From: an uncultured Candidatus Saccharibacteria bacterium
Lineage (GTDB): Bacteria > Patescibacteriota > Dojkabacteria > CAZCSM01
Direction of reading: 5' to 3'
DNA: 64,000 nt
NCBI GenBank assembly: GCA_964501355.1
Contig: CAZCSM010000007.1
Span: 1,096 to 65,095 of the forward strand
Both the position numbers and the translations under genes were made by a program. Position 1 is the stretch's first letter, and the number at the start of each line of letters is the position of its first letter. This document shows positions 63,990-64,000 of the stretch, in pieces. The notes beneath the pieces were generated by a model that saw only the letters and a list, made by a program, of their open reading frames with translations, was not told where the DNA came from and did no database searches.

Positions 63990-64000
63990 AATCCAAGTTC

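Overview
AT-rich bacterial chromosome segment with most genes on the minus strand. It is probably from a CPR/Patescibacteria-type genome (inferred from gene style, A/T-rich translation starts without clear Shine-Dalgarno motifs, and surface-protein families). Housekeeping genes include secA (truncated by the window edge), hpf, serS, lysS, two tandem greA-like genes, trmD, sua5/tsaC, a DEAD-box helicase and tRNA-Glu(CTC). A ~20 kb block (12.9-33.1 kb) encodes very large surface proteins, including one of 3911 aa. Four proteins carry LPxTG motifs, two of them far from the C-terminus, and a sortase and an L,D-transpeptidase lie in the same window. The main unannotated signals are four. (1) A complete Thr-codon leader-peptide attenuator (MKSFINLQNLFNVTTTTTI) in front of an archaeal-type ThrRS that has no editing domain and whose zinc-ligand Cys appears replaced by Ser. 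(2) Six co-oriented intergenic copies of a ~115-180 nt structured element with compensatory base changes. (3) A solitary integron-like cassette bounded by attC-like sites next to a duplicated sua5 3' end. (4) Many palindromic and heptamer repeats, clustered around a frameshifted GIY-YIG gene and a four-helix-bundle gene. No CRISPR array, rRNA, integrase, transposase or reverse transcriptase was seen. All calls come from reading the sequence by eye; no database searches were run.
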